A stretch of 64,000 nt of DNA from Cenarchaeum sp. (GTDB lineage: Archaea > Thermoproteota > Nitrososphaeria > Nitrososphaerales > Nitrosopumilaceae): contig OZ243037.1 in NCBI GenBank assembly GCA_965212015.1, forward strand, positions 1,408,001 through 1,472,000, written 5' to 3'. Every line of letters begins with the position of its first letter. Position 1 is the stretch's first letter. Below, in pieces: positions 1 to 10,065 of this stretch. The translations under genes and the position numbers were made by a program. The notes below the pieces were generated by a model. It saw only the letters and a program-made list of their open reading frames with translations. It was not told where the DNA came from and did not search any database.

Positions 1-499
1 TTACACGGATCTCGAGGATCACGGGCACTATCTCTGCTACGGGTTCAAGGGCGGAAGGGAAGAGTCCATGATTGTGGACTCGATGACCGATAACAGCAAG
101 ATTTACTCGCCGATCGTAAGGATAAAGTCGCTTCCCAACAATCTCAGGGAGGGAAACGGCTCGGACGACATGTACCATCCGATAGTGCTTGAGGACACGG
201 CCAGCCTGGCCAAGCTCAGCTACGGCTTTGAGGACGCCCCGTTTCCGCTGTTTACCTTTCCAAACGACGGCAAATGGCTAATGGGGGTATTCATGCACTT
301 TAACGAGGACAATCCGTCCTACTTTTGCTATGTCGTGCTCGACGAGGAGCCAGGAAAGCCATTTCTAAAGTACTCATTAAACAACGGCATGACCCCCTCG
401 TTTGTAGACAATCCGTCCGAGCACGGATACTCGTACATTAAGATTATAAAATTAAAAGACACCCATCCGTTGGTCGACTATGGCCAGCTTCAAAACTAG
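1..499 (+). CDS. Hypothetical protein, 5'-truncated by the window edge
   Basis: Frame of ORF 68..499 is open back to position 2; overlaps the pyrF start; no motif recognised. Confidence 0.6.
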   Translation, partial: YTDLEDHGHYLCYGFKGGREESMIVDSMTDNSKIYSPIVRIKSLPNNLREGNGSDDMYHPIVLEDTASLAKLSYGFEDAPFPLFTFPNDGKWLMGVFMHFNEDNPSYFCYVVLDEEPGKPFLKYSLNNGMTPSFVDNPSEHGYSYIKIIKLKDTHPLVDYGQLQN

Positions 500-1214
500 A
501 ATCAGGCAGGCGGCCGGAAAGGGCGGCCGGATCATACTTGCCTGCGACCACGTCGGCTCTGCGATAGGGCCCAGGACCATCAAAAGCATAGAAAAACTGC
601 ACCCGTACATTTGTGCGGTAAAGCTCAACTTTCACCTGCTGCTGCCGCTGGGGCGCAAAGAGATATCGGACATTAACAAGACGGCGCACCGGTACGGACT
701 GTTGAGCATTGCCGACATTAAGCTAAACGACATTGGCGATACAAACCAGGTCGCAGCAGAAAACCTGTGGAGATCCGGCTTTGATGCGGTAATTGCCAAC
801 CCGATAATGGGCAGAAAAAGCCTGGCGCGGCTCGTCTCATGCGCGCACAAGCGGGAAAAGGGCGTAATTGCGCTGTGCCACATGAGTGCGCCAGAGGCCC
901 GTATGTCCTACGAGCTTGGCGTAACGCACGAAAAAAAGCGCTCAGAGCTGTACCGGTTGTTCCTGGACTGGGCCGTATCCTGTAGGGCAGACGGGATAAT
1001 TGCCGGCGCCACCTATCCCGAAATAATACGCTACTGCAAGACTAGGGCAGGCGGCAAGCTGGACATTTATTCGCCGGGGGTGGGCACGCAGGGGGGCAGC
1101 GCAGGTGAGGCGCTCCTTACGGGAAGCGACTATCTGATCGTGGGACGCACGATACTGCGCTCAAAGAATCCCGTCGGTGCCGCAAGGGCGCTGCACTCAC
1201 AGGCCGCCGAGTAG
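480..1214 (+). CDS. pyrF: Orotidine 5'-phosphate decarboxylase
   Basis: ILACD, VKLN, DIKLNDIGDT (DxKxxDIxxT), SPGVGTQGG, IVGR motifs. Confidence 0.95.
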   Translation: MASFKTRIRQAAGKGGRIILACDHVGSAIGPRTIKSIEKLHPYICAVKLNFHLLLPLGRKEISDINKTAHRYGLLSIADIKLNDIGDTNQVAAENLWRSGFDAVIANPIMGRKSLARLVSCAHKREKGVIALCHMSAPEARMSYELGVTHEKKRSELYRLFLDWAVSCRADGIIAGATYPEIIRYCKTRAGGKLDIYSPGVGTQGGSAGEALLTGSDYLIVGRTILRSKNPVGAARALHSQAAE

Positions 1215-1610
1215 CTTTTCTGCCTTGGATATGGTCCGTCTTGCATTGTCATACGTAGTCTTTAGCTTTGCATCCCCAAAGCTCAGCCATAAAAAGTCCT
1301 GGTGCTCGTGGGAGATGGTGACTGATTCGGTCTCTGTCTTTGCCAGATAGAATATCACCTTTTTGTTTATCCGCCGGCCCTCGAACTGAAAGGTATAGCC
1401 TATGGTCTCCCTAAAGTCCCGTATGAACTCAAGATCCTTTATTCCGGTCTCCTCTCTTGCCTCCCGCACCGCAGTCTGCCTGGGCGACTCGCCGCCCTCC
1501 ATCTTTCCCTTGACCAGATCCCAGTGTCCGGACGGATAGTGCAGTACTAGATACAGCCTGCCCTTTTTTGTATTCCGGAATATCACCGCGCCTGCGGACG
1601 TCTCTTTCAT
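1197..1610 (-). CDS. NUDIX hydrolase (Ap4A hydrolase-like)
   Basis: SAGAVIF, HWDLVKG and Nudix box GKMEGGESPRQTAVREAREETG; ISHEH. Confidence 0.9.
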   Translation of the reverse strand: MKETSAGAVIFRNTKKGRLYLVLHYPSGHWDLVKGKMEGGESPRQTAVREAREETGIKDLEFIRDFRETIGYTFQFEGRRINKKVIFYLAKTETESVTISHEHQDFLWLSFGDAKLKTTYDNARRTISKAEKLLGGL

Positions 1611-1611
1611 G

Positions 1612-2400
1612 TCATTTCCCCATGCGCCTCTTTCTTTTCTGGTACATCCTGATGGCCCTCATTAGATCAATCTTTCGGAACTCCGGCCAAAAGACGTCCA
1701 TGAATACCAGCTCGCTGTACGCGCTCTGCCAGAGCAGAAACCCGCTGAGCCTCATTTCGCCGGACGTCCTTAGGATCATGTCCGGCGAGGACTGCGGCAG
1801 GTAGGACGTGTACAGATTCGACTCGATCTCCTTTTTGTCAATCCCGCCTATGTCCAGCTTGCCGTCCTTGATCTTTTGGCCTATCTTTTGCACCGCGTCG
1901 ATCAGCTCGTCGTGCCCCCCGTATGCGATGGCTATGTTCAAAAAGTGATCACTGTGTGAGACAGTCGCCTCGTCGAGCTTTTCTAGTATTTCCCTGATTG
2001 ACTCGGGCAGCATGTCCACCTTTCCTATCGCCTTTACCCTCATCTTTGACCTGTAAATCCTCGGATCACTGTACAGCTTGTTGAGCCTTGCGCCGATCAG
2101 CTCGTACAGATAGTCCAGCTCGCCGTCCTTTCGCCCCATGTTCTCAGAGGACAGCACGTAAAGGGTGATTATCTTTATGCCAAACTCCTCGCACCAGTCA
2201 AGCAGGTTTTCGACTGCGTCCGCACCCCTCTGGTGGCCGGCACTGGCCAAGCTCAGGTTTCTTTTCGCCCAGCGGCGGTTCCCGTCTAGAATCAGGGCCA
2301 CGTGGTTGGGGATATCGCCCCTCCGTATGTCGCCTTCCAGCCTTTTTGAGTATATCCGGTATAGCCCGGTCAGGTAAAACGCAGCCTCCCTAAGAGTCAT
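1612..2400 (-). CDS. uppS: cis-prenyltransferase (undecaprenyl/polyprenyl diphosphate synthase)
   Basis: PNHVALILDGNRRWA, SSEN, YGG, RTSGEMRLSGFLLWQ, WPEF. Confidence 0.95.
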   Translation of the reverse strand: MTLREAAFYLTGLYRIYSKRLEGDIRRGDIPNHVALILDGNRRWAKRNLSLASAGHQRGADAVENLLDWCEEFGIKIITLYVLSSENMGRKDGELDYLYELIGARLNKLYSDPRIYRSKMRVKAIGKVDMLPESIREILEKLDEATVSHSDHFLNIAIAYGGHDELIDAVQKIGQKIKDGKLDIGGIDKKEIESNLYTSYLPQSSPDMILRTSGEMRLSGFLLWQSAYSELVFMDVFWPEFRKIDLMRAIRMYQKRKRRMGK

Positions 2401-2450
2401 CAGTGCTTTGTGCCCCCCCGATTCGATATCAGTGTTTTTAACATGCCGGC

Positions 2451-3599
2451 TTATTCTGTGGGGTTTTGTTCTTCATCTTTTTGCCCCCTGAACTTTTTGA
2501 AGAGCAGCATGGCGCTGATGAGCGTCGCGGCAAGCCCGGCCAGCAGCGGGGGAATCAGGGTGAATGAGCTCTCGTCGTGAATCAGAATGTTTGTAAACTG
2601 TGATACGGTGGGATACAGCGCCACTAGCACTATGAGCCTCAGCGTGTCGCTTATCTGGTGCCTTATTCCGGCAAACCAGTTGCTCAGCAGGATTCCCGCA
2701 AATATCGCGCCGACTCCGACCCACAGTATGGGCAGCATTCCGGAAACGAACTGTCCAATGATGGCGCTGTTTGACACGATTGAAATCAGCTCCGCGCCCT
2801 CCTCGATCAGGCCGGCATCGACGATTGAAATTCCGGCAGGTACCGACGACATGATCAGGATTATTCCCGCGACAATGGTGAACAGCCTTACGAATCCCGA
2901 CGGCGTGGGCTTTGTCCAGTTGGACCACGCCCGGTCTACATCAAAGGCCCTGATCAAAAACGCCGCGCCCAGGATGCTTATCGACACTGCAAAGATTTCC
3001 GCAGTATACCCGAACACCGTGGCAATCCCGCCAATCAGCAGCAGGATTCCCGGAACGCCCAGAAAGAACTTTGAATACTTTGAATCGTACGCCATCATCT
3101 TTAGGTATTTTCCAAACACCGCATAGGAATACTCTACGCTCCTGCTGACCCTCATGACCACCCTCTGGACGGATATCACGGGAAGCACGTTCTGTATTAT
3201 CGGTATGACGCTCTCGTCGTCCTCGCCGTCAGAAACTATGACTGCCCCGTTTGCGGCGTACTTTTGCAGGACGGATCTTATCTCGGATGCAATCTTTTCG
3301 TCGGCCTGGACGCCCTTGCCTGAGACGCCGGTGACGGTAATGACCTCGACTTTGTATCCCTTGCTGAGCAGATCCTCGTACGTCTTGATTGCGGAAAATA
3401 TCGCATTAGAGTCGGCGTCCTCCGGATCCTCCAGCGCAAGCCTCTGTGCGGTCTCTATGCATGCGTCCCTTCCCACGACCGGGGTGGCAATCTTTGTCTT
3501 TTCACCCACGTCGTTGTCCCTGTCCACGCAGATTACCAGCAGCCTGTTGGCAGTAGAGGAGCTGATGTCTTTTTCCAGCTTTTTGTTGCTTTGGGACAT
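2451..3599 (-). CDS. DUF373-family membrane protein
   Basis: LVICVDRDND, DPEDADSN, VSDGEDDE N-terminal domain plus several TM helices; start set at MSQSNK. Confidence 0.8.
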   Translation of the reverse strand: MSQSNKKLEKDISSSTANRLLVICVDRDNDVGEKTKIATPVVGRDACIETAQRLALEDPEDADSNAIFSAIKTYEDLLSKGYKVEVITVTGVSGKGVQADEKIASEIRSVLQKYAANGAVIVSDGEDDESVIPIIQNVLPVISVQRVVMRVSRSVEYSYAVFGKYLKMMAYDSKYSKFFLGVPGILLLIGGIATVFGYTAEIFAVSISILGAAFLIRAFDVDRAWSNWTKPTPSGFVRLFTIVAGIILIMSSVPAGISIVDAGLIEEGAELISIVSNSAIIGQFVSGMLPILWVGVGAIFAGILLSNWFAGIRHQISDTLRLIVLVALYPTVSQFTNILIHDESSFTLIPPLLAGLAATLISAMLLFKKFRGQKDEEQNPTE

Positions 3600-3675
3600 T
3601 CCTATTATACCTGCGATATTGCTTTTTAACAATTTCCAACGTTTAAAATTATGATAATTCGGTTTCAGGCGTGAC

Positions 3676-4194
3676 CTACGGCCTGGCGTCGTCCGATGAC
3701 ATGGCCAGTGCCTCTGCCCTGGCCTTTAGCTGGCCTATGGCATCTAGCGCCTCCTCCAGCCTGTCCTGACTGGCGCCGTCTTTTGCCATGTTTGCAAACA
3801 CTATGGTCTCCCGGATGTGCGAGTTTGACTGCCTGAGGGATTCCATATAGCCGATATAGCTCTGCTCCCACTCCTCAGTCGGGCCGCTGTTGACGACCTT
3901 TATGATTTCGGCATTGATCTGCCAGGTGGCCGCCTCTGCCGAATTTATGTACTCTTGGGCATCCACGTCCCCGTCTAGCAGCCCCTGGAATTTTTCGTCC
4001 AATTCCGCATTGATTGATTTGTGTATGTTTTTTACCCCGTCCAGGTTGGCCTCAAAGTCGGACACTACAAACACGGTGTCCTGATTGTACGGTATGTTCC
4101 ACACCAAAAAACTGGCCACCGTGATTGCCCCCAGGATGCCTGCCGTGATCAGGACGCCCCTTTTCGAGGCCATGCCCCCCTTTCTTGACACCAT
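3676..4194 (-). CDS. Hypothetical protein with N-terminal membrane anchor and helical domain
   Basis: KRGVLITAGILGAITVASFLVW hydrophobic segment; start uncertain (4242/4194/4173). Confidence 0.65.
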   Translation of the reverse strand: MVSRKGGMASKRGVLITAGILGAITVASFLVWNIPYNQDTVFVVSDFEANLDGVKNIHKSINAELDEKFQGLLDGDVDAQEYINSAEAATWQINAEIIKVVNSGPTEEWEQSYIGYMESLRQSNSHIRETIVFANMAKDGASQDRLEEALDAIGQLKARAEALAMSSDDARP

Positions 4195-4436
4195 GGTTCC
4201 CCCGTGTATGGCGTCCGCTTGTAAATATACCGCCGGTTCCAATTATGGCGTTAAATGCCCGATTTTTGGAAGAAATCGCGCTTCTCTCCGAAATCATAAG
4301 ATAATTCCAAATTTGCCGCGAAATATTCGCAATCCGTCGGGATTGGGGCACTGAAAAAATCCGTACTGTCTAGTTTATAGTTAAATATTCTTTACAGGCT
4401 CTTCCTAAATATGACGCTTCCCGTGTTTTGGTTATA

Positions 4437-4580
4437 ATGGTAGAGGCATACTGTGTAAAATGCAGGGCAAAAAGGGAGATAAAGGATCCCAAAGAGACAA
4501 AGTTGAAAAACGGGAGGCCGGCAGTAAAGGGCACATGCCCGAAATGTGGAACCAACGTCTTCCGAATAGGAAAAATCTAG
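4437..4580 (+). CDS. Small zinc-ribbon protein, DUF5679-like (47 aa)
   Basis: Manual translation MVEAYCVKCRAKREIKDPKETKLKNGRPAVKGTCPKCGTNVFRIGKI; two CxxC; AT-rich promoter upstream and T-tract downstream; absent from ORF track. Confidence 0.85.
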   Translation: MVEAYCVKCRAKREIKDPKETKLKNGRPAVKGTCPKCGTNVFRIGKI

Positions 4581-4717
4581 GGTTCCCGGCCACCGGTTCT
4601 TTTTTTACAAGCGGTCAGATCCGGTGCATGCGGATTCAAACGTCTCCTTTGGGGGCCCCGCCGTTGCCCTTTTTTTTAAAACAAATCCATATAGGGCGCG
4701 TGGTCTGATCTCAGGCA

Positions 4718-5137
4718 TTGACAAAGGCAGAGTATGAAAAGCTCCTCAAGGGGATAAAGGACAGCCTGTCTGACAAAAAGCAGGCCAGCGAGCGCTTTGA
4801 GCTTCCGCCAGTCGACGTAATGTGGGAGGGACAAAAGACGTTTTTGCGGAATTTTTCTGACTTTCCAAAGATCCTGAGGCGGGATCCCGACAAGGTGCTG
4901 CAGTACCTCTCCAAGGAATTCGCAGTGCCCGCAGAGCGGATGGGCGACAAGGCCATGTTTATCGGAAAAAGGGATCCGGACGACTTTACCAGGCTGTTTC
5001 GCATATACGTCAAGGACTATGTCGACTGCCTCACGTGCAACAGCCCGGATACGAAAATAATCAAGGAGAACCGGCTCTCGTTTCTGGTATGCGAGGCCTG
5101 CGGCGCCAAATCCACGATGAAAGGCAAGTATGCATGA
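4718..5137 (+). CDS. eif2b: Translation initiation factor aIF2 beta subunit
   Basis: YEKLL, ERFELP, RDPDKVLQYLSKEF, C-terminal CLTCNSPDT...CEACGA zinc ribbon. Confidence 0.95.
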   Translation: MTKAEYEKLLKGIKDSLSDKKQASERFELPPVDVMWEGQKTFLRNFSDFPKILRRDPDKVLQYLSKEFAVPAERMGDKAMFIGKRDPDDFTRLFRIYVKDYVDCLTCNSPDTKIIKENRLSFLVCEACGAKSTMKGKYA

Positions 5138-5433
5138 TGCAGTTTTGCGTCAAAACGGCCACATACAGACAAAGCTCCATGCTCAACATCTGTGATGCCG
5201 ATCTTATCGGACGGGACGTACGGAAGGACGAGCTACAGGTAAGCATCAGCCGGAGCTATTACGGGGATAGGACAGTCGATGCGGCAGAGGCCGAGACACT
5301 TCTGCAAAACTCGTCTATAATCAACATGGCCGGCAGGCAGACCGTCTCGCTGTCGATACGTTTGGGAATCGGTTCCAGCGAGGGCGTCAAGAACATAGGC
5401 GGCATACCGTTTCTGATTGTGTTCAAAATGTAA
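5134..5433 (+). CDS. DUF424-family protein
   Basis: MLNICDADLIG, ISRSYYG, IINMAG; ATG overlaps the aIF2b stop. Confidence 0.85.
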   Translation: MMQFCVKTATYRQSSMLNICDADLIGRDVRKDELQVSISRSYYGDRTVDAAEAETLLQNSSIINMAGRQTVSLSIRLGIGSSEGVKNIGGIPFLIVFKM

Positions 5434-5469
5434 AACAGCACTTATATAGAAAAAACTGCGTATTGGCTT

Positions 5470-5781
5470 GTGGGAAAACGCAAGGTATTAAACGAGAGCG
5501 AGCTAAAAAAAATCCGCCTTCCGGAAGAGGGCGAGCTTTTGGGAAGGGTGATAAAACTTTTGGGCAGTGATCAGGTTTTGGTAAAATGTACGGACGACAT
5601 AACCCGCCGCGGAAGAATACGCGGAAAGCTAAAGCGAAGAATCTGGATACGCGACAACGACATTGTAGTTATTGCGCCGTGGGATTTTAAGAGCGACGAG
5701 AGGGGGGACATTGTATGGCGGTTCACCCTGCCGCAGGTCGACTGGCTAAAGAACAACGATCACCTTCCCAGGGACTTTTGA
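5470..5781 (+). CDS. eif1a: Translation initiation factor aIF1A
   Basis: RLPEEGELLGRVIKLLG, RIRGKLKRRIWI, VVIAPWDF, GDIVWRF. Confidence 0.95.
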   Translation: MGKRKVLNESELKKIRLPEEGELLGRVIKLLGSDQVLVKCTDDITRRGRIRGKLKRRIWIRDNDIVVIAPWDFKSDERGDIVWRFTLPQVDWLKNNDHLPRDF

Positions 5782-5804
5782 GCGTCATTGCACGGTAAGC
5801 TGTC

Positions 5805-6587
5805 TTGATCATCCACGACGACATTAGCGCAAAGCTCGAGTCAAAGATAAACGACAAGCTGATGCAAAAGGCCAGCCGCGGAAAAATTTTTGACGGGTTC
5901 AAGAAAAACAAGGTGGTCAACGAGGTGCTGGACAAGACCACCATGCTTACGCTTTACGACATGATCAACTCGCACGTCATCTCATATGTCAACGGGGTGG
6001 TAAGCGCCGGAAAGGAATCCGTCCTGTTTTGGGCCGTGGCAGGAGAGCGGGACGTCGCCCTGAAAATATACCTGGTCACCACGTCGAACTTTAAGCGCCG
6101 CCTGCAGTACATACAGGGGGATCCGCGCTTTACAAGGATCAAAAAGGGGACAAGGAACCTGATCGGCCTGTGGGCAAGAAAAGAGTTTGCCAATCTGGAG
6201 CAGTGCCTCAGGCGCGGCCTGTCAGTTCCAAGGCCCATACACGTCTCCAAAAACGTGCTTGCCATGGAGTTTATCGGCGAGGGCGGCTCCCCCGCCAAGA
6301 CGCTTTTAGAGTCACAGGTCGACGAGGGCGACTATAACGAGGCAGTATCCATCATCCGGAGGATGTACCGTGATGCCGGACTGGTCCACGGGGATCTGTC
6401 CCCGTACAACATTTTCAAGCACAAGGGCGGGCTGACTGTCTTTGATCTCGGCTCTGCAGTGGACGTGCAGCATCCCGGCGCCGAAGAGTTCCTGAAAAGA
6501 GACATTAATAATATCACGAATTTTTTCGTAAAGAGGGGACTGGTGGTGGAAAACCCGTTGGACGTGCTAGAGGCGGTGGTCAGTTGA
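5805..6587 (+). CDS. rio1: RIO1-family serine/threonine kinase
   Basis: SAGKESVLF, ALKIY, LVHGDLSPYNI, FDLGSAV, FLKRDINNI. Confidence 0.9.
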   Translation: MIIHDDISAKLESKINDKLMQKASRGKIFDGFKKNKVVNEVLDKTTMLTLYDMINSHVISYVNGVVSAGKESVLFWAVAGERDVALKIYLVTTSNFKRRLQYIQGDPRFTRIKKGTRNLIGLWARKEFANLEQCLRRGLSVPRPIHVSKNVLAMEFIGEGGSPAKTLLESQVDEGDYNEAVSIIRRMYRDAGLVHGDLSPYNIFKHKGGLTVFDLGSAVDVQHPGAEEFLKRDINNITNFFVKRGLVVENPLDVLEAVVS

Positions 6588-7153
6588 GCTTTGAAAAAAT
6601 AGTCAGGATTCCGACTGAGCGAATCGCGGTCCTTATCGGCAAAAACGGTGCGACAAAGGCCAAAATCGAGGATTCGTGCTCTGTGGCCATTGACATTGAC
6701 AGCCAGAGCGGCGAGACGCTAGTCAGCAGCAGCGGCGGTATGGAGCAGATCAAGCCCTTCAAGGCAGTCGAGATAATCTCGGCCATCGGGCGGGGGTTTT
6801 CCCCAGAGACTGCCATGAACCTGCTAGAGCCCGACAAAACGCTGCACGTCATGGATCTGAGAGAGTTTGCCGGCAAGTCGCCGTCACAAATTGAAAGGAT
6901 AAAAGGGAGAATAATAGGAGAGGGGGGTAAGGCCAGAAAAAACATGGAGAATCTAAGCGGAACAAACATCTCGGTATACGGGAGGACGGTCTCTGTTATC
7001 GGCGACGTGACAAGGCTGAGGCTGGCAGTTGATGCGATATCGTCGCTTTCCAGCGGGAGCGTCCACGGCTCGGTTTACAGCAGGCTCGAGTCGGCCAGGC
7101 GCCGCGAAAAGGCAGAAAAAATGAGGCTGTGGGAAGATCAGGATGTCTTCTAA
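6584..7153 (+). CDS. KH-domain rRNA processing protein (Dim2/Pno1 family)
   Basis: RIAVLIGKNG, AIGRGFSPE, RIKGRIIGEGG, HGSVY. Confidence 0.9.
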   Translation: MSFEKIVRIPTERIAVLIGKNGATKAKIEDSCSVAIDIDSQSGETLVSSSGGMEQIKPFKAVEIISAIGRGFSPETAMNLLEPDKTLHVMDLREFAGKSPSQIERIKGRIIGEGGKARKNMENLSGTNISVYGRTVSVIGDVTRLRLAVDAISSLSSGSVHGSVYSRLESARRREKAEKMRLWEDQDVF

Positions 7154-8993
7154 GGAACAATTCAACCAGATCTCGCCAAGCGAGTTCTTTTATAGGAACC
7201 GCGATCTTGCGGGATTCAGCAACCCCACGCGCTCGCTGTACACGGCAGTCAGGGAGTTTGTGGAAAACGGGCTGGATGCGTGTGATCAGAGCGGCATACT
7301 GCCTGACATCCACCTTACAATCAAGGCAGTCGATTCGGAAAGGTCGGATCCAAAACCGTACATGCTGACCGTAAGGGACAACGGCCCGGGAATAGAGTCA
7401 AAGCACATTCCGCTTGCGTTTGGAACTGTTTTGTACGGCTCAAAGTTCGGCCTAAAGCAGGCAAGGGGCATGTTCGGATTAGGCGCGACGATGGCAATAC
7501 TGTACGGACAGATAACCACAAACAAGCCAGTCGCAGTAAAGAGCTCGATGGACGGCCAGACGCAGGAGGAATACGAAATGCTGCTGGACATTCAGAAAAA
7601 CAAGCCGGTAATACTAAAGCACAAGACGGCAAACACGTCCCGGAGGGGGCTGTCAGTCAGCATCTGCCTTGAGGGCGACTATTCCAAGGCGGGAACCAAG
7701 ATACGCGATTACGTCTATCAGACCTCGCTGATCACGCCGTATGCGTCGATCACGTTTGATGATCCCAAGGGCGAAAAGACAAAGTACCCCAGGATAATCA
7801 GGACAATGCCCCCGCCCCCCACGATAATCCGGCCACACCCGTACGGCGTGGACGTGGAGACGATCCGGCGGATGATGACGGACAGCTCGTTTCAGATTCC
7901 ACACATTGATGATGCGATACTTGCAAAGGTGCGCCGGGAGCTCGGGGCGGGCAAGACAAATCCGGACTTTGATGAAATGATGAAAAGGGCGGCGAAAAAA
8001 TGGTCGTCACTTACAAAGCCGGTCCGGGTGATAATCGCCCTTGCGTCGTTCATAAAGGCGGATCTTCAGGATCTTGGCAAAATCCGGATTGACGACATTG
8101 ACATCTCAAACCAGCGGCTGTCGTACTGGGACTTTGGCAAGTCCGAGTCAGTCGTGATAGAGCTGGACCCGCAGAGCGACTATTACAAGCAGCTGAGCAG
8201 CACGGTCCTCGGCGACACCATAGTCACGTTTCTGACAAAGCGCTTCCAGCGGGTGGGCAGGACCACCGCCGAAAAATTTGCAAAATTCGCCAGATTCAAG
8301 CCGGAAAAAAGGCTCGGCATGATGACAAACCAGGAGCTAGTCCACCTGAGTGACTCGCTGCAAAAATTCACCGACTTTATGTCGCCTGATCCCAGCTGCC
8401 TTGCGCCGCTCGGCGGCGAACCGCTAGAAAAGGGGATCAAAAAGTTCTTCGAGCCTGACTTTGCCGCAGTCATACAGCGGTCCGCATCTGCCTATTCGGG
8501 CTTTCCGTTTGTAATCGAGATGGGCGTGGCATACGGCGGAAACATCTCCACTAGGGGCCTCAAGGTGTACAGGTTTGCAAACCGCATTCCGCTGCTGTAC
8601 GACGAGGGCAGCGACGTGGTCCTAAAGGTGGTAAACGACATTGACTGGAAGAGGTACAGCGTCAACACGGATCCGCCGCTTGTGATAGTCTCGCACATCT
8701 GCTCGACCCGGATACCCTACAAGACGGTGGGAAAGGAGAACGTGGCAGACAGGCGCGAGATAGAGCGGGAGCTCAGGCTTGCGCTCCAGTTCATACTGAG
8801 AAAGCTTTCCATATACATGAAAAAGAAGGGCAAGGCAGAAATGGCCAAGAAACGGGCGAATCTGTACTCGAAATACGTACCCTTAATTGCCCAGTTCTGC
8901 ACTGAACTGGCAGGCGAGAAAAAGGAGCCGGATTACAAAAAGATGCTAAAGGAGGAGATTGTGGTTGAAGAAATCAAAAAAACGGGCAAGTAA
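7143..8993 (+). CDS. top6B: DNA topoisomerase VI subunit B
   Basis: SPSEFFYRN, GHKL motifs EFVENGLDA, DNGPGI, YGSKF, RGMFGLG; RFANRIPLLYDEG. Confidence 0.97.
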   Translation: MSSKEQFNQISPSEFFYRNRDLAGFSNPTRSLYTAVREFVENGLDACDQSGILPDIHLTIKAVDSERSDPKPYMLTVRDNGPGIESKHIPLAFGTVLYGSKFGLKQARGMFGLGATMAILYGQITTNKPVAVKSSMDGQTQEEYEMLLDIQKNKPVILKHKTANTSRRGLSVSICLEGDYSKAGTKIRDYVYQTSLITPYASITFDDPKGEKTKYPRIIRTMPPPPTIIRPHPYGVDVETIRRMMTDSSFQIPHIDDAILAKVRRELGAGKTNPDFDEMMKRAAKKWSSLTKPVRVIIALASFIKADLQDLGKIRIDDIDISNQRLSYWDFGKSESVVIELDPQSDYYKQLSSTVLGDTIVTFLTKRFQRVGRTTAEKFAKFARFKPEKRLGMMTNQELVHLSDSLQKFTDFMSPDPSCLAPLGGEPLEKGIKKFFEPDFAAVIQRSASAYSGFPFVIEMGVAYGGNISTRGLKVYRFANRIPLLYDEGSDVVLKVVNDIDWKRYSVNTDPPLVIVSHICSTRIPYKTVGKENVADRREIERELRLALQFILRKLSIYMKKKGKAEMAKKRANLYSKYVPLIAQFCTELAGEKKEPDYKKMLKEEIVVEEIKKTGK

Positions 8994-10065
8994 GGCTAAA
9001 GAAAAGCAAAAGAACCTGCTAGAGCTGCTCAAAAGCCAGGGCTCAAAGATATACGGGGACCTTGAAAAGGGCGAGTTTCCAAAGTTTCACATACCCAGCA
9101 GGTCTGTCAGCAATATAGTCTATGACGGCAAGACCAGGCAGTACATATTGGGAAGCAACGTCGCCGTGCGCAGCTCAAAGAACACCTCGCAGCTGAGGTC
9201 CTTTACGCAGCTGATGTGGCTTGCATTCTTTGCAAACCGGCTGACCAAGGAGAAAAAGTCATCCACGCTGCGGGACGTGTACTATTCGTCGCAGGCCTTT
9301 GCGATGGACTTTGAGGACCAGTCAGAGTCTGACAATATTATAGTGGATTTAGAAGCTGTCCTGACAAAGCCGAGGGAGGACTTTCACGTGTTTCCCGAGG
9401 AGCGAAGCAGCATATTTGGGGATCTCAACATAGAGTATACGGTCCCCGGATACGAGGGCAAAAAGATGAACCTATCGAACCACCCGGACGGATACGCAAT
9501 AGGCCCGAGCCTTACCACTGCCGAGCTGGTAGACACCGGCGCGGACATTGTGATTGCGATAGAAAAGGGCGGGCTGTTTACCAGGTTTGTCGAGGAACAG
9601 GTGGACAAAAAGTTCAAGGCCATAATAGTTGACACCGGGGGGCAGGCCCCGCGCTCCACCCGTACCCTGCTAAAAAGGCTGCACGACGAGCTAAGCCTTC
9701 CGGTGATAATACTCACCGACGGCGACGTGTACGGGGAGCACATTGCAATGGTGATAAAGTCCGGATCCGCAAACGCAGCACACCTGCGCGAGCTTACCGT
9801 GCCGGACGCAAAATGGGTCGGCGTATGGGCCAGTGACATTGACAAGTACAAGCTGCCAACCATACCGATGACAGAGTCGGACATCAAGAGGTGCCACGAC
9901 CTGCGAAAGGATCCCCGGTACCAGAAGGGAATCTGGAAAAAGGAGCTCGACGAGTTTTTAAAAATCAAAAGAAAGGCGGAGCTTGAGGCGTTCTCAAAGT
10001 ACGGGCTGACAAACATCACCGACAAGTATCTGCCGCACAAGCTAGAGATAGCAAAGACGCTATAG
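8959..10065 (+). CDS. top6A: DNA topoisomerase VI subunit A
   Basis: STLRDVYY catalytic Tyr, IEK, GGQAPRSTR, TOPRIM DGDVYG, KAELEA; exact start uncertain. Confidence 0.97.
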   Translation: MWLKKSKKRASKAKEKQKNLLELLKSQGSKIYGDLEKGEFPKFHIPSRSVSNIVYDGKTRQYILGSNVAVRSSKNTSQLRSFTQLMWLAFFANRLTKEKKSSTLRDVYYSSQAFAMDFEDQSESDNIIVDLEAVLTKPREDFHVFPEERSSIFGDLNIEYTVPGYEGKKMNLSNHPDGYAIGPSLTTAELVDTGADIVIAIEKGGLFTRFVEEQVDKKFKAIIVDTGGQAPRSTRTLLKRLHDELSLPVIILTDGDVYGEHIAMVIKSGSANAAHLRELTVPDAKWVGVWASDIDKYKLPTIPMTESDIKRCHDLRKDPRYQKGIWKKELDEFLKIKRKAELEAFSKYGLTNITDKYLPHKLEIAKTL

